Positions 61,181-64,000 of a DNA stretch of 64,000 bases are shown piece after piece (within the stretch, counting starts at the first letter, position 1; each line of letters begins with the position of its first letter). Below the pieces are notes generated by a model, which saw only the letters and a list, made by a program, of their open reading frames with translations, was not told the DNA's origin and ran no database searches. The position numbers and the translations under genes are program-made. Source of the DNA: Lingula anatina (lineage: Eukaryota; Animalia; Brachiopoda); the NCBI GenBank assembly GCA_051362555.1, contig CM120644.1, forward strand, positions 4,596,954 through 4,660,953. The letters are read 5' to 3'.

Positions 61181-62789
61181 TATACATCCACCTGTTTTGC
61201 ATAATTATTGGTATTTAATTTGCCATGATGCGTAATGTATTATTGCATCAGAATTGACAGTTACCAATTTTGTGCATCATTATATATTGTCTACTTTCTG
61301 TCCGTACATTATACAGCTTTGCTGATTTTTTAAAAATCTGACATATAATAATGCCATTGTAATTCCAAAAACAGGAAAAAAGAGGATCCAAATGCAGCGT
61401 CAAAATAAAAAACCGTCCTTGAGACGAAGCAGATATCTCGAAGAGTTGGAAGATGAACATGAAAATGTCAGATACATGTATTGGTCTGATGAAGAAACGG
61501 ATCTCGAGTTTTAAGTTAAAGGACTCGCTGAGTCTGTTTTAACAGTTAATCCATGGACACATACAGCAGACATGGGGAAAATCCCACCACAGCAACTACA
61601 TGTACTGTTACTCAAAGGCAATTATGCCATTTTCTGTAATGTTCAGTGTTTTGCTATGGACAAAAAGAGGCAAGTTTATAAATCACTTCTGCAATCAAGT
61701 CCATGTCATTGTATGCCTGCAGCATTCTAGATGAGAAAAAAAAAAGGACAGAAAAGTGATGTTAACTTGTATGCTACTTTCTGAGGCTAATTTTGACGTG
61801 AGTGTGTATGACAATTAAATTAAATTAAATTAAACTAAATTAGAGTAATTTCCATGTGCTCTCTACTGCATGTGCAAGTCTGCTAAGTTGACAAGTTAAT
61901 ACTCGTCTCAGTCGTCTGAATATATTTATTGTGTCTAGTAAGTTCTGGTACGGAAAGTAAAAATGTGCTGATAATTGACATAGATATATATAAATAAATA
62001 TATACACACTAGTTCATATAACACCCAAATCCAATATAGAGGTACATTTCACATGCTGAAGTGTCAAAAAATAAAATTGAATGAATTCAAAGTTGTATTC
62101 AATTTTTTAAAACAGTCTATATGTGTATAGAACAAAAATCCACAACTGTCTCAATTTAAATTCAAATTTTTAATTTTTACCATGTCTTAAGGACGCTCTC
62201 TCATATTTCAGATTTCATATTTCTGCCCTAGCGATTTTGATTAAAATTGTAAGACAAAATCTTCTTACCATATGAGTAAAAAATATGAAAAAAAAATTGG
62301 GGGTCACCACGCTCGTTTTCGAGAGGTGGCGTCCCGAAAAACGCTACGTTTATTACATTGCGTTATATGGGGATTTTGCCAAAATGCCCTTAATTTTGCT
62401 GAAAAATGCAGAAATAAAAAAATTCTGCCCTAGCGATTTTAATTTTATGTGGATATGTTATAGATCTTGGTAGACCTCAAAGAAATTTACAAAAAAATAT
62501 GTACCACACCATGCTTGTTTTTGAGCCAGGGCTGCTTGAACATCGATTTTTATCAAATTTACATAGGAATCAATGGAAATTTCCAAGCAAATTTAATAAA
62601 TGTGTTTTGTATCGTGGGTTTTTTAACTCATACATTTATTTTGCTTCCATGAAAATTATATTTATACTTCTCTGCATCAGCTAACCAAATTTCATAAAGT
62701 TTGCTTATCCCATTCATAATAAATAGATATTAATATGTAGAAAGTATCAGTTGGATTTCAGTATGCCTCATGGAATGCCGCCATATTGG

Positions 62790-64000
62790 ATTTTTCATAG
62801 GCTGGACCTACAAGCACATGTATCAATCTCTTGTGACTTTTATCTTCCTATTCCTTTTTTCTTACTGTTTTATACATTTTTAACATTGAGATGGCTGGAT
62901 AGATTGTTTGCTTTGTATATTTTAATATACATTGTTTAAACAATGTATCAATTTCTTACTACTGGTACGTTACATGTAGCCATATTTCTTGACAAACGTG
63001 CTTTGGAAACTAGGTGGCAAAAAAGTTAGAATATTCGTCTAAAGACATCTTTTGGTTATCAGTTTATTTCGATTTCATATTATATTTACAACATGAAATC
63101 AAATAAATATATATAATAAATATACATACATTTTTAAAATTTAGGCATTAAAGACATCCTACATGCATTTTTCATATTACTTTATACATTCTGTTACTCT
63201 TTTTTGTGTTTAGATTAATTTTACATATAGAAGACAATAAAGACCATCTAGACCTCTTTGAAATGACATGTGCAAATGCTGATATATTAAACACGACATC
63301 TTGATTTTCCCCCTAAACATGAAGAAATTATTATTATAAACTAGGTATTATGTAGAATTTGCTAAAGGTTGAACACAGGATTTTGTTTTAAATTAAAATT
63401 GAATGGGATGAAATAAAAAATCAAATAACAGGGATCTTCCTGGGTCAAAATCTGGCTGGGCCATTTTTAAAAAATGTGTGCCTTAAATTTTTTGTGATAA
63501 TTCATTATGTTTCAATATTATTTTTTATTTTAATTTTAATCATATTATTTTTCATAGGCTAGGCAAATTGACCAAAAGCATAATTATATCAATCTCATGT
63601 GACTTATTTTCTTATTCCTTTTTATTTTTATTTCTTTTGTTTCTTTATTTTTCTTACTCAGTACTAAAATATGCACTTTATGGTAAGATAGCTGGATAAA
63701 TTGTTTCCTTTGTATATTAACAATGTATCAATTTCTTACTATGGTAAGTTAGTCATATTTCTTTTCTATATATGGAAGATGGTGACAAAAATACTCATCT
63801 ACAGACATCTTTGATTATCAGTTTATTTCTGTTTCATATTATGTTTACAACATGCAATCAAATACATATCAACAGCATATTAATATGCATATTAATTTTA
63901 AAATTAAAAAAATCATACAATTTTTTTATTACTTTTATGCATTTTGTTACTCGTGGTTTTTTGTGTTTGGATTGATTTCACTGAGAAGAAAATAAAGACC
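62790..64000. repeat. Degenerate direct duplication (about 62790-63245 and 63550-64000)
   Basis: Shared blocks TTTCATAGGCT, TATCAATCTC.TGTGACTT, CAATGTATCAATTTCTTACTA and AATAAAGACC recur about 760 bp apart. Confidence 0.6.

Overview
AT-rich, intron-containing animal genomic DNA, probably an invertebrate; the taxon cannot be fixed from this window. Four spliced genes were reconstructed by hand, arranged as two head-to-head pairs. They are (1) a MAP3K8/MAP3K14 (Tpl2/NIK)-like kinase on the minus strand (14288-33986, 10 coding exons, one GC-AG intron), (2) a TFPT/INO80F-like coiled coil fused to an HMG box on the plus strand (34884-40700), (3) glyoxalase II HAGH on the minus strand (43073-53356) and (4) a RING-Bbox1-Bbox2-coiled-coil TRIM gene on the plus strand (from 53695, running past the window end). 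Introns and intergenic DNA are full of repeats: a 3.7-kb 23-bp satellite, three Helentron-type non-autonomous families with internal tandem arrays, many MITEs and a near-intact 5'-truncated LINE. The most striking element is a complete 311-bp LTR mini-retrotransposon whose LTRs are tRNA-derived (36008-36318). A four-fold tandem duplication of one HAGH splice acceptor is also notable. All coordinates and family calls come from manual reading; no searches were run.
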